From: Planctomycetota bacterium
Lineage (GTDB): Bacteria; Planctomycetota; UBA8108; SXIK01
Reading direction: 5' to 3'
DNA length: 64,000 nucleotides
Assembly: GCA_965223845.1 (NCBI GenBank)
Contig: CBDCXR010000004.1
Coordinates: 896,001 to 960,000, forward strand
Every line of letters begins with the position of its first letter. The stretch's first letter is position 1. A program made the position numbers and the translations under genes. Positions 41,646-51,780 of this stretch are shown in pieces. Below the pieces are notes generated by a model. It was given only the letters and a program-made list of their open reading frames with translations, was not told the origin of the DNA and made no database searches.

Positions 41646-44600
41646 GTGAACTCGGGCGAGCTTCCCGCGGAGGTATCGCAGGACCGCGCCTCGGAGCCTC
41701 CAGTCCCGGAGGATTCACCTCGAGACGGGTCCGCCTCCGAACGAGCCGATTCGTCCCAGGACGACGTCACGCTCACGGAGTCGGGGCCGCAGACGATCGG
41801 CGCGGTAGCCACGATCGGGCCGGCGCAGCCGACCGGTGACGTGGCCGGCGAGTGGCGCGACGGGCTCGTCGTCGCCGGGCGATTTCGCATCGTCCGGTTC
41901 ATCAGTCAGGGCGGGATGGGGCGCGTCTACCAGGCGCACGACGAAATGCTCGATCGCCCGATCGCGCTCAAGCGGATTCCGGAGGCGATCCTTTTCGATG
42001 GTGACGCGCGCGACGACTTGCGTCAGGAAGCCAACCGCCTCCTCGATCTCGCGCACGACAACATCGTCCGGGTGCACACGTATTACGACGGACCGACCTG
42101 GCCGTTCATCGCGATGGAGTACCTGTCGGGGCCGACTCTCAAGCAGCTCCTCCGCGCACGGAAGCAGTACGGTCGCGCGTTCTCGGTCGACGAGATCACG
42201 ACGATCGCGCGGCAAGTAGCCAGCGGCCTCGCGCACGCGCACGCTAAGGGAATCGTCCACCGCGATCTGAAGCCGAGCAACCTGATGCTCGCAGCCGTCT
42301 CCGGAGACGAAATCCGCCCGGAAGACCTGGTGAAGATTACGGACTTCGGCATCTCGCGGGTGATCGCCGACGGCACGATGCGCCAAACCGGTCGGCGCAC
42401 GGGGACGCTCCCCTACATGAGCCCCGAACAGTTTCGCGGGGAGGTTTCGACCGCGACTAGCGACATCTATTCGTTCGCTTGCACGCTCTATGAGCTCCTC
42501 GCTGGACGACCACCGTTCTATACGGGCGACATCGGCTACCAGATCTTGAACGTCGCGCCGAAGCCGATCGATTCGGCACCGCGCGCGATCAACAACACGA
42601 TCCTCCGTGGACTTGCGAAAGACGCGAAGGAACGCTTCGAATCCGCCGAGCATCTCCTCGAGGGACTCGAGGGAAAGGTCGTGGTCACCCGCCCGCCGAT
42701 CCATCGCGCGCGGCGTGCGCGGTGGCTCAAGGTCGCTGTCGGCGCGGCGGTCGTACTCACTGGATTCCTCCTCGGGCGGATCTCGCAGAGCCCGGCGCCT
42801 TCGCCCCCTCCGTCCACCGCTTCGGGCAACGCCACGAGCGTCCGCAGCGAGGACTTGCCGGAGTTCAACACCTTTCGCGATCGAGTCCTCCAGCGACTCG
42901 AGTCGGAGATCCCGAGCAGCGTGGGGCGGAGCGACACCCTCGCCCCGACTCCCGACAGCCCGGTCGTCGCGCTCAGGTTTTCACTGCTCGAGCCGACCGA
43001 TTCCGCCTACCAGCGAGAACTCTTTGCCGAGCTCTCCTTCAGCTGCTTCCGACTCGACGACGACACCACGCTTCGGCGGATCGAGCGTAAGGACACCGAC
43101 GGCGAGGCCGTCTTCACGATCCTCGAGCTCTCGGGCGGTCGTTACGGTCTTCAACCCCACGTCACGTGGCCGGGGGCGACCACTCCCGAGCCGCTCTTTC
43201 CGACGCGCTCGTTCCAGTTTGAAGTCGATCTGACAGCGCCGTCGCTCGAGGTCTCCGTGCCGACCTCGAGCCCCGTTCTGGGTGGAGCCGGGACCGCCGG
43301 CGACGAGAGAGGGATTCCGACTTGGTCGACGTTCGCGCGAGACCTCGAGGTTCGCCTCGACGCGACCGAGCAGATCGAGAGCGCGGTCTACGCTCGGGTC
43401 GACTCGACCGAGCCCACGTGGCAGCCGATCCCGGACGTCACGTTCTGGAAACTCGAGCTCGACGAAGGAAAAAACGAGTTCAAGCTCGCCGCCTTCGATC
43501 GCGCGGGGAACCGCAGCCGCGAGGCGTCGTTCGTCGTCTTCCGGCGACGGCTCGGTCTACGTCAATTCGGACTCGCCGCGCCGCCGGCCGGGAATCGCGC
43601 GAAAGTACGCGGGACTCTGGTCGTCGAAGGGACCGAACTGCCGCGGATCTCGTACACGCTCGGAGGACAGCCGGTCGAGGTCGCCGACGCATCGATCATG
43701 CCTTCCAGTGAGCCGAGCGGGGGCGCGTTCCTTCACGAATTCTCGGCCGTGATCGAGCTCCCCGAGCCGACCGCCAACGCGATCGAGGTCAAGTACGCCC
43801 TCGGCGAAGCTCCGCCCCGCGCGTTCGACGGCCCGTCGGCCTCCCGCCTGAAGGTGGACGTCGAGGCGCCGGCGCTCGAGTGGATACGCGAAGTCCCGAG
43901 TCGTACTCGCGAAACGACACTCGAGCTCTACGGACGAATCACTCCCTACTTCGAAGGGCTCACCGTTCGACTCGACGAGTCGCAGCTCGATTCTCGCGTC
44001 GTCGTTCCGATTCCGAGCGCGACGGACGACACCGCGACGATTCACGAGTTGCTCGCGCTCGACGAGAACGAGGATCACGCGCTCGAAGTGCGCTTTCTCT
44101 ATCACGGAGTGCCGCTCACGTCGTCGCCGATCGTCCTCAGCTCGTACTGCGATACTCGGCCGCCTCTCCTCGTCGAGCCGCCGGAGTTTTCCGACGACGG
44201 GAACTGGATGCTTTGGATGACGCTCCGGCCGTCCGAGGAGCTGAGGCTTCTTCGTATCGTCGCCCTGACCTCAGTCGGCGAACCCGCGGGTCGGTGGCAC
44301 ACGGTCGCGCCGGATCTCTTCTCGCTCCTCACGTACCGCTATCAGATTCCCGTCCCGGAGGTGCGGACCCAGTACCGGATCGAGATGACGGATCTCGCCG
44401 GCAACACGCATTCGACGGACGAAGCCTGTGCGTGGACGCGCGAAGCGCTCGCTTTCCGCGCCCGCACGAGCGACCTGTCGTTGGGGGGGGCGCGGCCGGA
44501 TGAAGTGGCCGCCGCTCCGGCGATCACCGACGGCGAGGGCGACGTACGCCGCTCGACACATTCGCTTCCGGGTGATGCGCTCCTCCTCCGATCCCCGTTC

Positions 44601-45233
44601 GTCGAACGCATCGGTCTCGAGTTCCGGACGGTGAGCGCGGATCGGATCGACCTCGCCACGACCGAGGTGAGCGAGTCGGTGTGGGCCGAGTTTCTGCGAC
44701 AGACGGGGCGGGACGGCGAAGCGTCCGGCGAGCGGGAGGTGCCGAAGTTGCTGAGCTTCGAGGACACGCAGCTCCTCTCTGACTTCGTGCGCTGGTTCGA
44801 GGAGAACGCGCGCGACGGCTACGCCTACCGACTTCCGACGCCCGTCGAGTGGATGTGCGCGTTCGTGGCGGCGTCGGATCCCGATGAGGCGCGGCACAAG
44901 ATCTACGATTGGTTCGTCGGCAACCCGAACGACGCTCGGTACCCGCAGCAGTTCAACGAGGCGCCGCGCGCTCGCTACGGCGTCAATCGGATCGACCCGT
45001 CCCAGGCGCGACCGGAGAACAAGACGCCCTCCGGCCTCTACGACATGGAGGCGAACGCCCAAGAAGTGGTGCAAGCGAGCGGCCAATGGCTGGTGATCGG
45101 CGGGTTCAACCAACTGGAGCACAAGAGCGAGTTCGCGCGCGCGTGCACTGAGGCGCGGAGATTTGTCGAGGCAGAGCAGCGCTCCCGTCTCGTCGGCTTT
45201 CGCCTGCTCCGGTTCCCGCGGAGCGCGCGGTGA
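41646..45233 (+). CDS. Hanks-type Ser/Thr kinase with TM helix, Ig-like extracytoplasmic region and FGE-sulfatase-like C-terminal domain
   Basis: GGMGRVY, ALK, HRDLKPSN, DFG, GTLPYMSPE, DIYS; TM VAVGAAVVLTGFLL; DRAGN/DLAGN Ig-like ends; TEVS, YRLPT..EW, GLYDM..N..E, GFR. Start uncertain (41565-41646). Confidence 0.88.
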   Translation: MNSGELPAEVSQDRASEPPVPEDSPRDGSASERADSSQDDVTLTESGPQTIGAVATIGPAQPTGDVAGEWRDGLVVAGRFRIVRFISQGGMGRVYQAHDEMLDRPIALKRIPEAILFDGDARDDLRQEANRLLDLAHDNIVRVHTYYDGPTWPFIAMEYLSGPTLKQLLRARKQYGRAFSVDEITTIARQVASGLAHAHAKGIVHRDLKPSNLMLAAVSGDEIRPEDLVKITDFGISRVIADGTMRQTGRRTGTLPYMSPEQFRGEVSTATSDIYSFACTLYELLAGRPPFYTGDIGYQILNVAPKPIDSAPRAINNTILRGLAKDAKERFESAEHLLEGLEGKVVVTRPPIHRARRARWLKVAVGAAVVLTGFLLGRISQSPAPSPPPSTASGNATSVRSEDLPEFNTFRDRVLQRLESEIPSSVGRSDTLAPTPDSPVVALRFSLLEPTDSAYQRELFAELSFSCFRLDDDTTLRRIERKDTDGEAVFTILELSGGRYGLQPHVTWPGATTPEPLFPTRSFQFEVDLTAPSLEVSVPTSSPVLGGAGTAGDERGIPTWSTFARDLEVRLDATEQIESAVYARVDSTEPTWQPIPDVTFWKLELDEGKNEFKLAAFDRAGNRSREASFVVFRRRLGLRQFGLAAPPAGNRAKVRGTLVVEGTELPRISYTLGGQPVEVADASIMPSSEPSGGAFLHEFSAVIELPEPTANAIEVKYALGEAPPRAFDGPSASRLKVDVEAPALEWIREVPSRTRETTLELYGRITPYFEGLTVRLDESQLDSRVVVPIPSATDDTATIHELLALDENEDHALEVRFLYHGVPLTSSPIVLSSYCDTRPPLLVEPPEFSDDGNWMLWMTLRPSEELRLLRIVALTSVGEPAGRWHTVAPDLFSLLTYRYQIPVPEVRTQYRIEMTDLAGNTHSTDEACAWTREALAFRARTSDLSLGGARPDEVAAAPAITDGEGDVRRSTHSLPGDALLLRSPFVERIGLEFRTVSADRIDLATTEVSESVWAEFLRQTGRDGEASGEREVPKLLSFEDTQLLSDFVRWFEENARDGYAYRLPTPVEWMCAFVAASDPDEARHKIYDWFVGNPNDARYPQQFNEAPRARYGVNRIDPSQARPENKTPSGLYDMEANAQEVVQASGQWLVIGGFNQLEHKSEFARACTEARRFVEAEQRSRLVGFRLLRFPRSAR

Positions 45234-46153
45234 CGTCGGTGTCGATACGCCGGCGGCCGCTCGGAGCCGCGTTCGGGTGCTTTCTCTGTATCCAATTCGC
45301 TTTTCCCCTTCCCGCGGACGACGAGGTTCCTCCTCCCCGCCCGATCTTCAACTGGGACCTGGTCTCGCTCGAGCAGAACAGCAATCGATTCAACGCGAGC
45401 GTGCTTTCGGGGTTCCATACGGTCCGATCACCGGGGGTGACGCCCTACCGCGGGTGGAAGACCGGAGTCGGCATCCTCTTTTCGCGTGAGGAACAGGTCG
45501 CGGTTGCGACGAATACGGAGCTCTTCAACCGCGAGCAGATCCTGGTCAATCCGAAGCTCAACTACGGATTCTGGCCCGGCTTCGAGGTCGGAGCCGGATT
45601 CGAGACGGTCTGGACGAAGGCGAAGGACATCCGCGGCGCCCCGAGCGGCGCGATCGACGCGCGATCGGAGCAGCGCGTCGAGCCTAGCGCGGTGGGCCTC
45701 GGCCTCAAATGGAATGCGTTCGCGGCCGATCGACTCCGCCTCGCGCTCTCATTCGACTCGCGGATCGCCGTCAACCGAGGCGAGCTCGGAACGCTGCCCG
45801 CGACGATCATGAACGTCGAGGTCGATTCCGACTACACGATCACGCCGCGTTGGAGCGTGATTTCGAATCTTCAGTTTCAATTCGCGGACGAACAGCCCGT
45901 CGAGGACGAAGCAGTGCTCGATCTCGCTACGGCCTACACATTCAGCGATCAGTTCCGGGGGATGATCTTCACGACGGGGAAGGAAGACGACGAAGCGAGC
46001 TCGATCCTCTACTTCGTCGGGCTCGCCGGACAGTACGTCTACGAGCAGCACTCGTTCACGCTCGCGCTCGATTTTCAGTTGAACGATGCGGAGAGAGAGA
46101 TTCGCACGCAGAGTCAGCTCGATCTCGAGTTCAGCTACGCGTTTACGTTTTAG
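45230..46153 (+). CDS. Putative outer-membrane beta-barrel protein
   Basis: Signal peptide, alternating amphipathic beta strands, C-terminal LEFSYAFTF (BAM beta-signal-like); GTGA overlap with the kinase. Confidence 0.7.
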   Translation: MTSVSIRRRPLGAAFGCFLCIQFAFPLPADDEVPPPRPIFNWDLVSLEQNSNRFNASVLSGFHTVRSPGVTPYRGWKTGVGILFSREEQVAVATNTELFNREQILVNPKLNYGFWPGFEVGAGFETVWTKAKDIRGAPSGAIDARSEQRVEPSAVGLGLKWNAFAADRLRLALSFDSRIAVNRGELGTLPATIMNVEVDSDYTITPRWSVISNLQFQFADEQPVEDEAVLDLATAYTFSDQFRGMIFTTGKEDDEASSILYFVGLAGQYVYEQHSFTLALDFQLNDAEREIRTQSQLDLEFSYAFTF

Positions 46154-48006
46154 CGTTCCCGTTCTCGCCGCGAGTAGATCTCGACGTCCTCGTCCGTGTA
46201 GGCGGGAGGACCCCACACGTCCGTGAGCGCGCTCCGCACCGCGTCGAGCGCGGCCGCCGGCATCCCGCGCTCGGGGTTGTAGAGCCGGGCTCTCGCTGTC
46301 CCCGCGTGCCGTTGCCGCGCTCCTTCGAGGTGCTCTCGAGTTCGCTTGCGATGGACGACGACCGTGTCGACCGAAAGTGCTTTCAGCATCGGAGAGAGCT
46401 CGGCCGAGACGTCCACGTCCACCTGCGGGCGGCCCTCGAAGAGATGGCGCAGGATCGGATGGGCGTCTACGCGCGCGGCGACCTCGGGGAGGAGACAGGA
46501 CGTGTAGCCGCCGATGAGCGGCTGATCGTGGGCGATTTGGTAGTAGAGATCCTCGGCCGCTCGGGCGCGGTACCCTCCCGGGACGTTGAGAAGAATTCCC
46601 GGGTAGTCGCGGCGCACGACTTGCGGCCACGCGGGGCGCGCGAGCTCTCGCGTTGGAAACGGGATCCACGCGAAGTCGGCGAGGACGAGAAGCGCGATGC
46701 CGGCGATGATTCCTCGACGTCCGCGTTCGCTCGACGCGCGTCCAGCGATGATCGCTGCGCCCGCCGCCACGAGCATGCTGAGCGCGAGGGCCGCCGGGAC
46801 GAGAAAGCGATTGGCGACGCGCAGCGTGTCGTAGAACGGTACCAAGCGAAGGACGGGAAACGGGAGCGGGACGCCGGTATCCGAGCCTCCGACGACGAGC
46901 GTCGAGCCGAGTGCGAGAATCACGTACGCCGCAAGTACGGCGAGCCAAAACGCGAAGCCGAGCGGCCGCTCTCGTCCAAGCGATGCGAGCGCCGGCGAGT
47001 TTGGGGCAACTCGACGAGCGATCCAGGGGGAACCAAGCGCTGCGCAAACGATAGGGATCCAGCCGAGGTACGCGACGAAGCCGACGGACCGGTAGCTTCT
47101 GAGCTGTTCGTAGAGTTCCGTCGCCCATCCTCCGAGCAGCGAATGGCCCGGGTGAGGAATCGCGAGAAAGAGCGCGTCGATCCCTTTCGCAACCGGCGGC
47201 TTGCGAAAGTAGTCGGCTCCGCCCGCGATCTCGGCGAGCTTCGGCCAGAGAAACGGGAGGAGAAGAGCGGTCGCGATCAACGCGGCGACGGCCGAGTGAA
47301 CGAGCATCGTCCGGCGGCGCTCGCGGCAAGCGACGAACAGCGCGCCAAAGACCGCGAACCCGAGCGGAAGGATCATGAGCGCGTTGTGCCAGCCGTAAAG
47401 GGCGTTCAGCGCGAAGAAGGCGGCGCAGCCCACGGCGTCCCGCCCGCGACCCCTACGCAGCATGCGGATGAGAAAGAGGATGAAGAGCGGCATCCCCTGA
47501 TAGCTGGCGAGATTGACGTGCTCGAGGCTCTGCTCGACGTGCTGGGGCAGGTACGCGAAGACGATTCCGGCGACGATCGCCGGTCCCCAGGCGAATCCGA
47601 GCTCGCGGGCGAGGAGGCTCGCAGCCCACCCGGCGAGCGCAAACCCGAGAAGTGTGGACAGATTGAGCGCGCACTCCGGTCCGAAGAGACGCGTCAGTGG
47701 ATAGGCGGCGAGGACGTTCGCTTCGGAGTGGGTGTGAAACGCGAGCGAGACCGGCGGGCGCTCTCCGGTCTGAAAGAGCCGCGTCGTCGAGTACGGACTC
47801 TCTCCCTGCGAAAGGGATTCGCCCCAAGACCAAAAGTTCCAGACGTTTTGAAAGAGGTCGTTGTTCCCGGCCGGCAGACGCTCGGTGAGGTCGCGGGCGA
47901 GAGGCCACGTGAGAGCGACCGCGATGACGCCGAAGAGAGCGAGAGCGCCGAGCGAGGCTCGAAGACTCCCGGTCGCGCCGGTGCGTCCTTCTGGGGGACT
48001 CTGCAT
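46150..48006 (-). CDS. Polytopic membrane protein, GT-C/YfhO-like glycosyltransferase
   Basis: About 12 TM helices; TWPL, D..QNVWNFW, LRV..RF, QI.H.QPLIGGY.S motifs. Confidence 0.65.
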   Translation of the reverse strand: MQSPPEGRTGATGSLRASLGALALFGVIAVALTWPLARDLTERLPAGNNDLFQNVWNFWSWGESLSQGESPYSTTRLFQTGERPPVSLAFHTHSEANVLAAYPLTRLFGPECALNLSTLLGFALAGWAASLLARELGFAWGPAIVAGIVFAYLPQHVEQSLEHVNLASYQGMPLFILFLIRMLRRGRGRDAVGCAAFFALNALYGWHNALMILPLGFAVFGALFVACRERRRTMLVHSAVAALIATALLLPFLWPKLAEIAGGADYFRKPPVAKGIDALFLAIPHPGHSLLGGWATELYEQLRSYRSVGFVAYLGWIPIVCAALGSPWIARRVAPNSPALASLGRERPLGFAFWLAVLAAYVILALGSTLVVGGSDTGVPLPFPVLRLVPFYDTLRVANRFLVPAALALSMLVAAGAAIIAGRASSERGRRGIIAGIALLVLADFAWIPFPTRELARPAWPQVVRRDYPGILLNVPGGYRARAAEDLYYQIAHDQPLIGGYTSCLLPEVAARVDAHPILRHLFEGRPQVDVDVSAELSPMLKALSVDTVVVHRKRTREHLEGARQRHAGTARARLYNPERGMPAAALDAVRSALTDVWGPPAYTDEDVEIYSRRERER

Positions 48007-48291
48007 AGCCGATCCGATCTAGGAGACGGCGCGAGTCACTAAACTCGGCCGGACAACGGCCCTGTCGTTTTCGACTTCGAATCAGTCCGCGGAGAGACTC
48101 GGTCGGGGCGCGCGGTGACGGGCGCGGTTCCCTTCCGCGGAACCGAAGACCATACCGCGAGAGTCGGGCGAAGGAAACGGCGCGGCTCCCGTCCCCGGTT
48201 GGACGCGCCCCATCGCGCGAACTTCACCGGCCGATCCGGCGTTCGACCGGCGAACGCCCGCTCCGACAGGAGGCCGACCGAGGCGTCGACG

Positions 48292-49329
48292 CTACTCCGT
48301 CAGAACTCCGAGTCGCTCGATGACGGCGCTCGCAAACCTCTCCGTGTCGAGCTCGCCACCGAGATCGCGCGTCGTTTGGCCGTCGCCGAGCGCCTGGTCG
48401 TAGGCCGCGCGGACGCGCACCGCGGCCGCACGGGCGCCCGGATCGTTCCGCGTGTCGGCGATGTAGTGAAGCATCATCTCTCCCGACATGAGGAGCGCGA
48501 GCGGATTCGCGACGCCCTTGCCGGCGATGTCGGGCGCGGATCCGTGCACCGCCTCGAACACGGCGCCGTCGTCGCCGATGTTGGCTCCCGGCACGACGCC
48601 GAGTCCGCCGACGAGCCCCGCGGCGAGATCGCTGACGACGTCGCCGTAGAGATTCTGGAGCAGAAGAACGCTGAACTGCGTCGGATCCTGAACGAGCTTC
48701 ATGCAGCCCGCGTCGATGATGCGCTCCTGGTACTCGACGTCCGGGAACTCGCGCTCGTGGATCTCGCGCGCGCAGCGGATGAAGAGTCCGTCGCTCAGTT
48801 TCATGATGTTCGCCTTGTGAAACACCGTGACGTGGGGGAGCTTTCGCTCGCGCGTGTAGCGAAAGGCCCAGCGCGCGACGCGGTAGCTCGCCTTTTCCGT
48901 CGCGACCTTGAGGCTCGTCACGACGCCGTCGGTGATCTCGTTCTCGATGCCGCTGTAGAGCCCCTCGGTGTTCTCTCGCACGATGACGAGGTCGACGTCA
49001 TCGAAGCGCGTTTTCACGCCCGCGAGGCTGCGCACCGGGCGTACCGCAGCGTAGAGATTCAGGCGCTTGCGCAGCTGAACGTTGACCGACGAGAAACCCT
49101 TCCCGATCGGCGTCGTGCACGGTCCCTTGAGCGCGATCTGGTGCTCGCGGATGGCGTCGATGGTCTCGGCCGGAAGGACGTCGCCGGTCGCGTCGAGTGC
49201 CGCGACGCCGGCCTGTCTCTCGATCCATTCGACGGGGGCGCCCGCCGCCGCGAAGATGCGGCGAACGGCGCCGCTCACTTCCGGACCGATCCCGTCACCG
49301 GGAATGAGGACGACTTTGTGCGGATTCAT
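48292..49329 (-). CDS. Isocitrate/isopropylmalate dehydrogenase family (NAD-IDH3-like)
   Basis: IPGDGIGPEV, LKGPCTTP, SVNVQLRK, RENTEGLY, HKANIMK, NLYGDVVSDL, FEAVHGSAPDIAG. Confidence 0.92.
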   Translation of the reverse strand: MNPHKVVLIPGDGIGPEVSGAVRRIFAAAGAPVEWIERQAGVAALDATGDVLPAETIDAIREHQIALKGPCTTPIGKGFSSVNVQLRKRLNLYAAVRPVRSLAGVKTRFDDVDLVIVRENTEGLYSGIENEITDGVVTSLKVATEKASYRVARWAFRYTRERKLPHVTVFHKANIMKLSDGLFIRCAREIHEREFPDVEYQERIIDAGCMKLVQDPTQFSVLLLQNLYGDVVSDLAAGLVGGLGVVPGANIGDDGAVFEAVHGSAPDIAGKGVANPLALLMSGEMMLHYIADTRNDPGARAAAVRVRAAYDQALGDGQTTRDLGGELDTERFASAVIERLGVLTE

Positions 49330-49364
49330 GAGGCTCCTCTGGAGGCTTCTGATGGTCGGCGGGG

Positions 49365-49928
49365 CTACTGGACGGTGGCGGACGACCGAACGGCGGCGAT
49401 CTCTTCGTTCAGTTTTGCGAGGGCGCAGCTCCACTCGGCGGGAAGAGTCCCCGCGAATGTCTCCCTCACCCGCTCGGCGGCGGCGATCACCCGCCGCCGC
49501 GAGCTTGTCGAGAGCGAGTCCGCGTCGCGCAGATTGTCGATCGTATCGGCGATCTTGCAGAGCTTCGCTTCGACTGGAGCGTCCGCGAGCTGCTCGAAGT
49601 AGCGATTTTCGCGCTCGAGCTCGGGGAGGCGCGTATCCTTCGACAGCGCCGCGACGAACTCGCCGACACGGCCGCCGAACTGCTCCTCCAGGTCATCGCG
49701 GTCGACCGTCGTGTCCTCGATCGTGTCGTGGAGAAGCGCGGCGACGAGCGTGTCTTCGTCCGCGACATCGAGCTCGGTGGCGAGGATGGCGAACACCCGG
49801 CTTACGTGGGCCGCGTAGGGCGTGACTCCGTCCTTGCGCAGTTGACCGCGATGCGCTCGAGCCGCGAAGGAAATCGCTCGCGGGAGGCGCAAATCGCGTG
49901 AAGAGCTGGTTCGATCATTCGGCGTCAT
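49365..49928 (-). CDS. Stand-alone HD-domain (p)ppGpp hydrolase-like protein (Mesh1/SAH type)
   Basis: FAARAHRGQLRKDG.TPY..H, ALLHDTIEDT, KIAD.IDNL. Confidence 0.88.
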   Translation of the reverse strand: MTPNDRTSSSRDLRLPRAISFAARAHRGQLRKDGVTPYAAHVSRVFAILATELDVADEDTLVAALLHDTIEDTTVDRDDLEEQFGGRVGEFVAALSKDTRLPELERENRYFEQLADAPVEAKLCKIADTIDNLRDADSLSTSSRRRVIAAAERVRETFAGTLPAEWSCALAKLNEEIAAVRSSATVQ

Positions 49929-50068
49929 CGCCGTGAACTCGCGTTTGCTTGGACGTTCGCCGGCACGTACCCTCGACGCCGCGTGTTCCCGTCGTTCGCC
50001 CCTTGAGCGGCGCGAGCGGCTGAAACCCGTAGGAGTCTACCACCGCCCATCGGAGGAGAACAGGTGAC

Positions 50069-51604
50069 GTGAATCGTTCGCGAAGACGATATCGGACGCG
50101 TTGGATCCCGGGCGCTGCGGCAGCGATCGCGGGTGCGCTCGCTAGCGGCTCGATGCTCTTTGCCAACCTGGCGTCGATCGAGATGAATCTGGTCGAGCCG
50201 GCGTACCGGGGTTGGGTGTTCCCGGAACGACCGCTCGTTCGGCTCCAGCTTCGCGGAACACCGGGGTCGACTCTCGATGCGCGAGTGCGCATCGAAAGCG
50301 GCGCTGTGCGAAGCGATCGGACTCGACGCATCGAGCTCGGGGACGACGGCCGGGGAGAGTGGACGATTCCGGTCGACTACGTTCCGACCGGCAGCTTCGC
50401 GCTGCGCGCGACCGCGGGAGAAGCGGAGCGGCGATTCGACCTCCGTCGACTGACCCGCGACGAGGTCCGCGGCATCGTCGCCTACGTCGATCGGCGGGGT
50501 CGACTCGTCTGGCGCGGTCGGCCGATCTACGTTCGCGGTTGGTACAGCGACGGGAATCTCGAGCGACTACGACGCATCGGTGCGAGCAAATTCAACGCTG
50601 TGCTCGACTACGGCCTGACGAGCCGTCCGATCGCGGCGACGAAGGAGTACCTCGCGGAAGCCGAACGACTCGGCGTAGCGGTGATCCTCTGCGTGAACGA
50701 TGTTTATCCTTCTGCGACGTACCGCGAGCGACTCGGCGACTGGGAAGGAAACGACGAAATCCTCGCCGGTGTCGTCCGCGCGTTTCGCAACTCGCCCGCG
50801 GCCGTCGCCTGGTACAACAACGACGAGCTCGAGTTCGATCTGGCCGGAGAGGCGCGCGAGTACTACGACCGGATTCGTGCGCTCGACCCGTCGCGACCGC
50901 AGCTCATGGTTCATTTCAAGCGCGGTGGAATCGCGGCCTTCCGCGGCGCCGCCGACCTCTTCGGCATCGACCACTACCCCGTTCCGAAGAAACCTCTCGT
51001 GGCGGTCGCCGAAGCCTTGGATGCTGCGCGCGGCGAGGTCGCCCCGCCCGGTCGGCCGTGGGCCGTGATCCAGAACTTCGCCTGGTACCAACACCGCGAC
51101 CCGGAAACACCCGTGATCGCCGGGGATGTCGAGACGCCGCGCTCGCGGCTTCCGACGGCGAAGGAGTGGCGCGAGAATCGCCCTCCGACGTTCGAGGAAG
51201 TGCGAGCGATGACGTATCTCGCCGTCGTGCACGGCGCCGGGGGGATCCTCTTTTGGTCGCTCTACAACCTCGAGTTCCTTCCGGATCGTGTCGAGAGGTG
51301 GGAGAACGCTTGCCGCGTGGCCGCGGAGCTCTCGGAGCTCGAGCCGATCCTGCTTTCGCCGGACGCGCGATCGGTCGAGTGCTCGAATCCCGAGGTGCAT
51401 GTGACCGCGCGGATGTACGAAGGCGCGACCTACGTGATCGCGATCAACGCGAGCGATGAGCCGCTTCGCGCGACACTGCGCGTCGCAGGCGCACGGGACG
51501 GTCGCGTCAACGTCGTGTTCGAGAGACGGACGGTTCTCGTCGACGACGAGAGCTGGACGGACTTCTTCGCGCCGTACGGACGACACGTGTATCGCGTCGA
51601 GTAG
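50069..51604 (+). CDS. Exported glycoside hydrolase-like TIM-barrel protein
   Basis: GGAGG RBS; N-terminal hydrophobic helix; FNAV..Y, AWYNNDE, D.FG.DHYPVP, YLAVVHGA.GI.FW; C-terminal beta sandwich. Confidence 0.65.
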   Translation: MNRSRRRYRTRWIPGAAAAIAGALASGSMLFANLASIEMNLVEPAYRGWVFPERPLVRLQLRGTPGSTLDARVRIESGAVRSDRTRRIELGDDGRGEWTIPVDYVPTGSFALRATAGEAERRFDLRRLTRDEVRGIVAYVDRRGRLVWRGRPIYVRGWYSDGNLERLRRIGASKFNAVLDYGLTSRPIAATKEYLAEAERLGVAVILCVNDVYPSATYRERLGDWEGNDEILAGVVRAFRNSPAAVAWYNNDELEFDLAGEAREYYDRIRALDPSRPQLMVHFKRGGIAAFRGAADLFGIDHYPVPKKPLVAVAEALDAARGEVAPPGRPWAVIQNFAWYQHRDPETPVIAGDVETPRSRLPTAKEWRENRPPTFEEVRAMTYLAVVHGAGGILFWSLYNLEFLPDRVERWENACRVAAELSELEPILLSPDARSVECSNPEVHVTARMYEGATYVIAINASDEPLRATLRVAGARDGRVNVVFERRTVLVDDESWTDFFAPYGRHVYRVE

Positions 51605-51617
51605 ACGTCAACTCGTT

Positions 51618-51652
51618 CCCGTTCCCGGCACCAGGCCGGGACCGGGAACGGG
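51618..51652 (+). terminator. Hairpin after the GH-like gene (putative terminator)
   Basis: 11-bp inverted repeat CCCGTTCCCGG/CCGGGAACGGG followed by a pyrimidine-rich tract. Confidence 0.45.
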
Positions 51653-51703
51653 CAAACCGCTGCTTCTTCTTCTCCTCCTCCGCCTCTTCCGCCGCCGCGA
51701 ACG

Positions 51704-51742
51704 AAAAAAACCGGGCCGAGATCGAATGGATCTCGGCCCGGT
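51704..51742 (-). terminator. Rho-independent terminator for 51781..54165
   Basis: 14-bp perfect stem ACCGGGCCGAGATC/GATCTCGGCCCGGT, 5-nt loop, A7 run on plus (U-tract on minus). Confidence 0.85.
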
Positions 51743-51780
51743 CTCAATGTGAGGCTACGCGCTTGCGTGGCCCGTCGCGA

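Noticed and set aside
44560-45233. FGE/CLec-like C-terminus as a diversity-generating retroelement target
   Set aside because: No reverse transcriptase and no near-identical template repeat are visible in the window.
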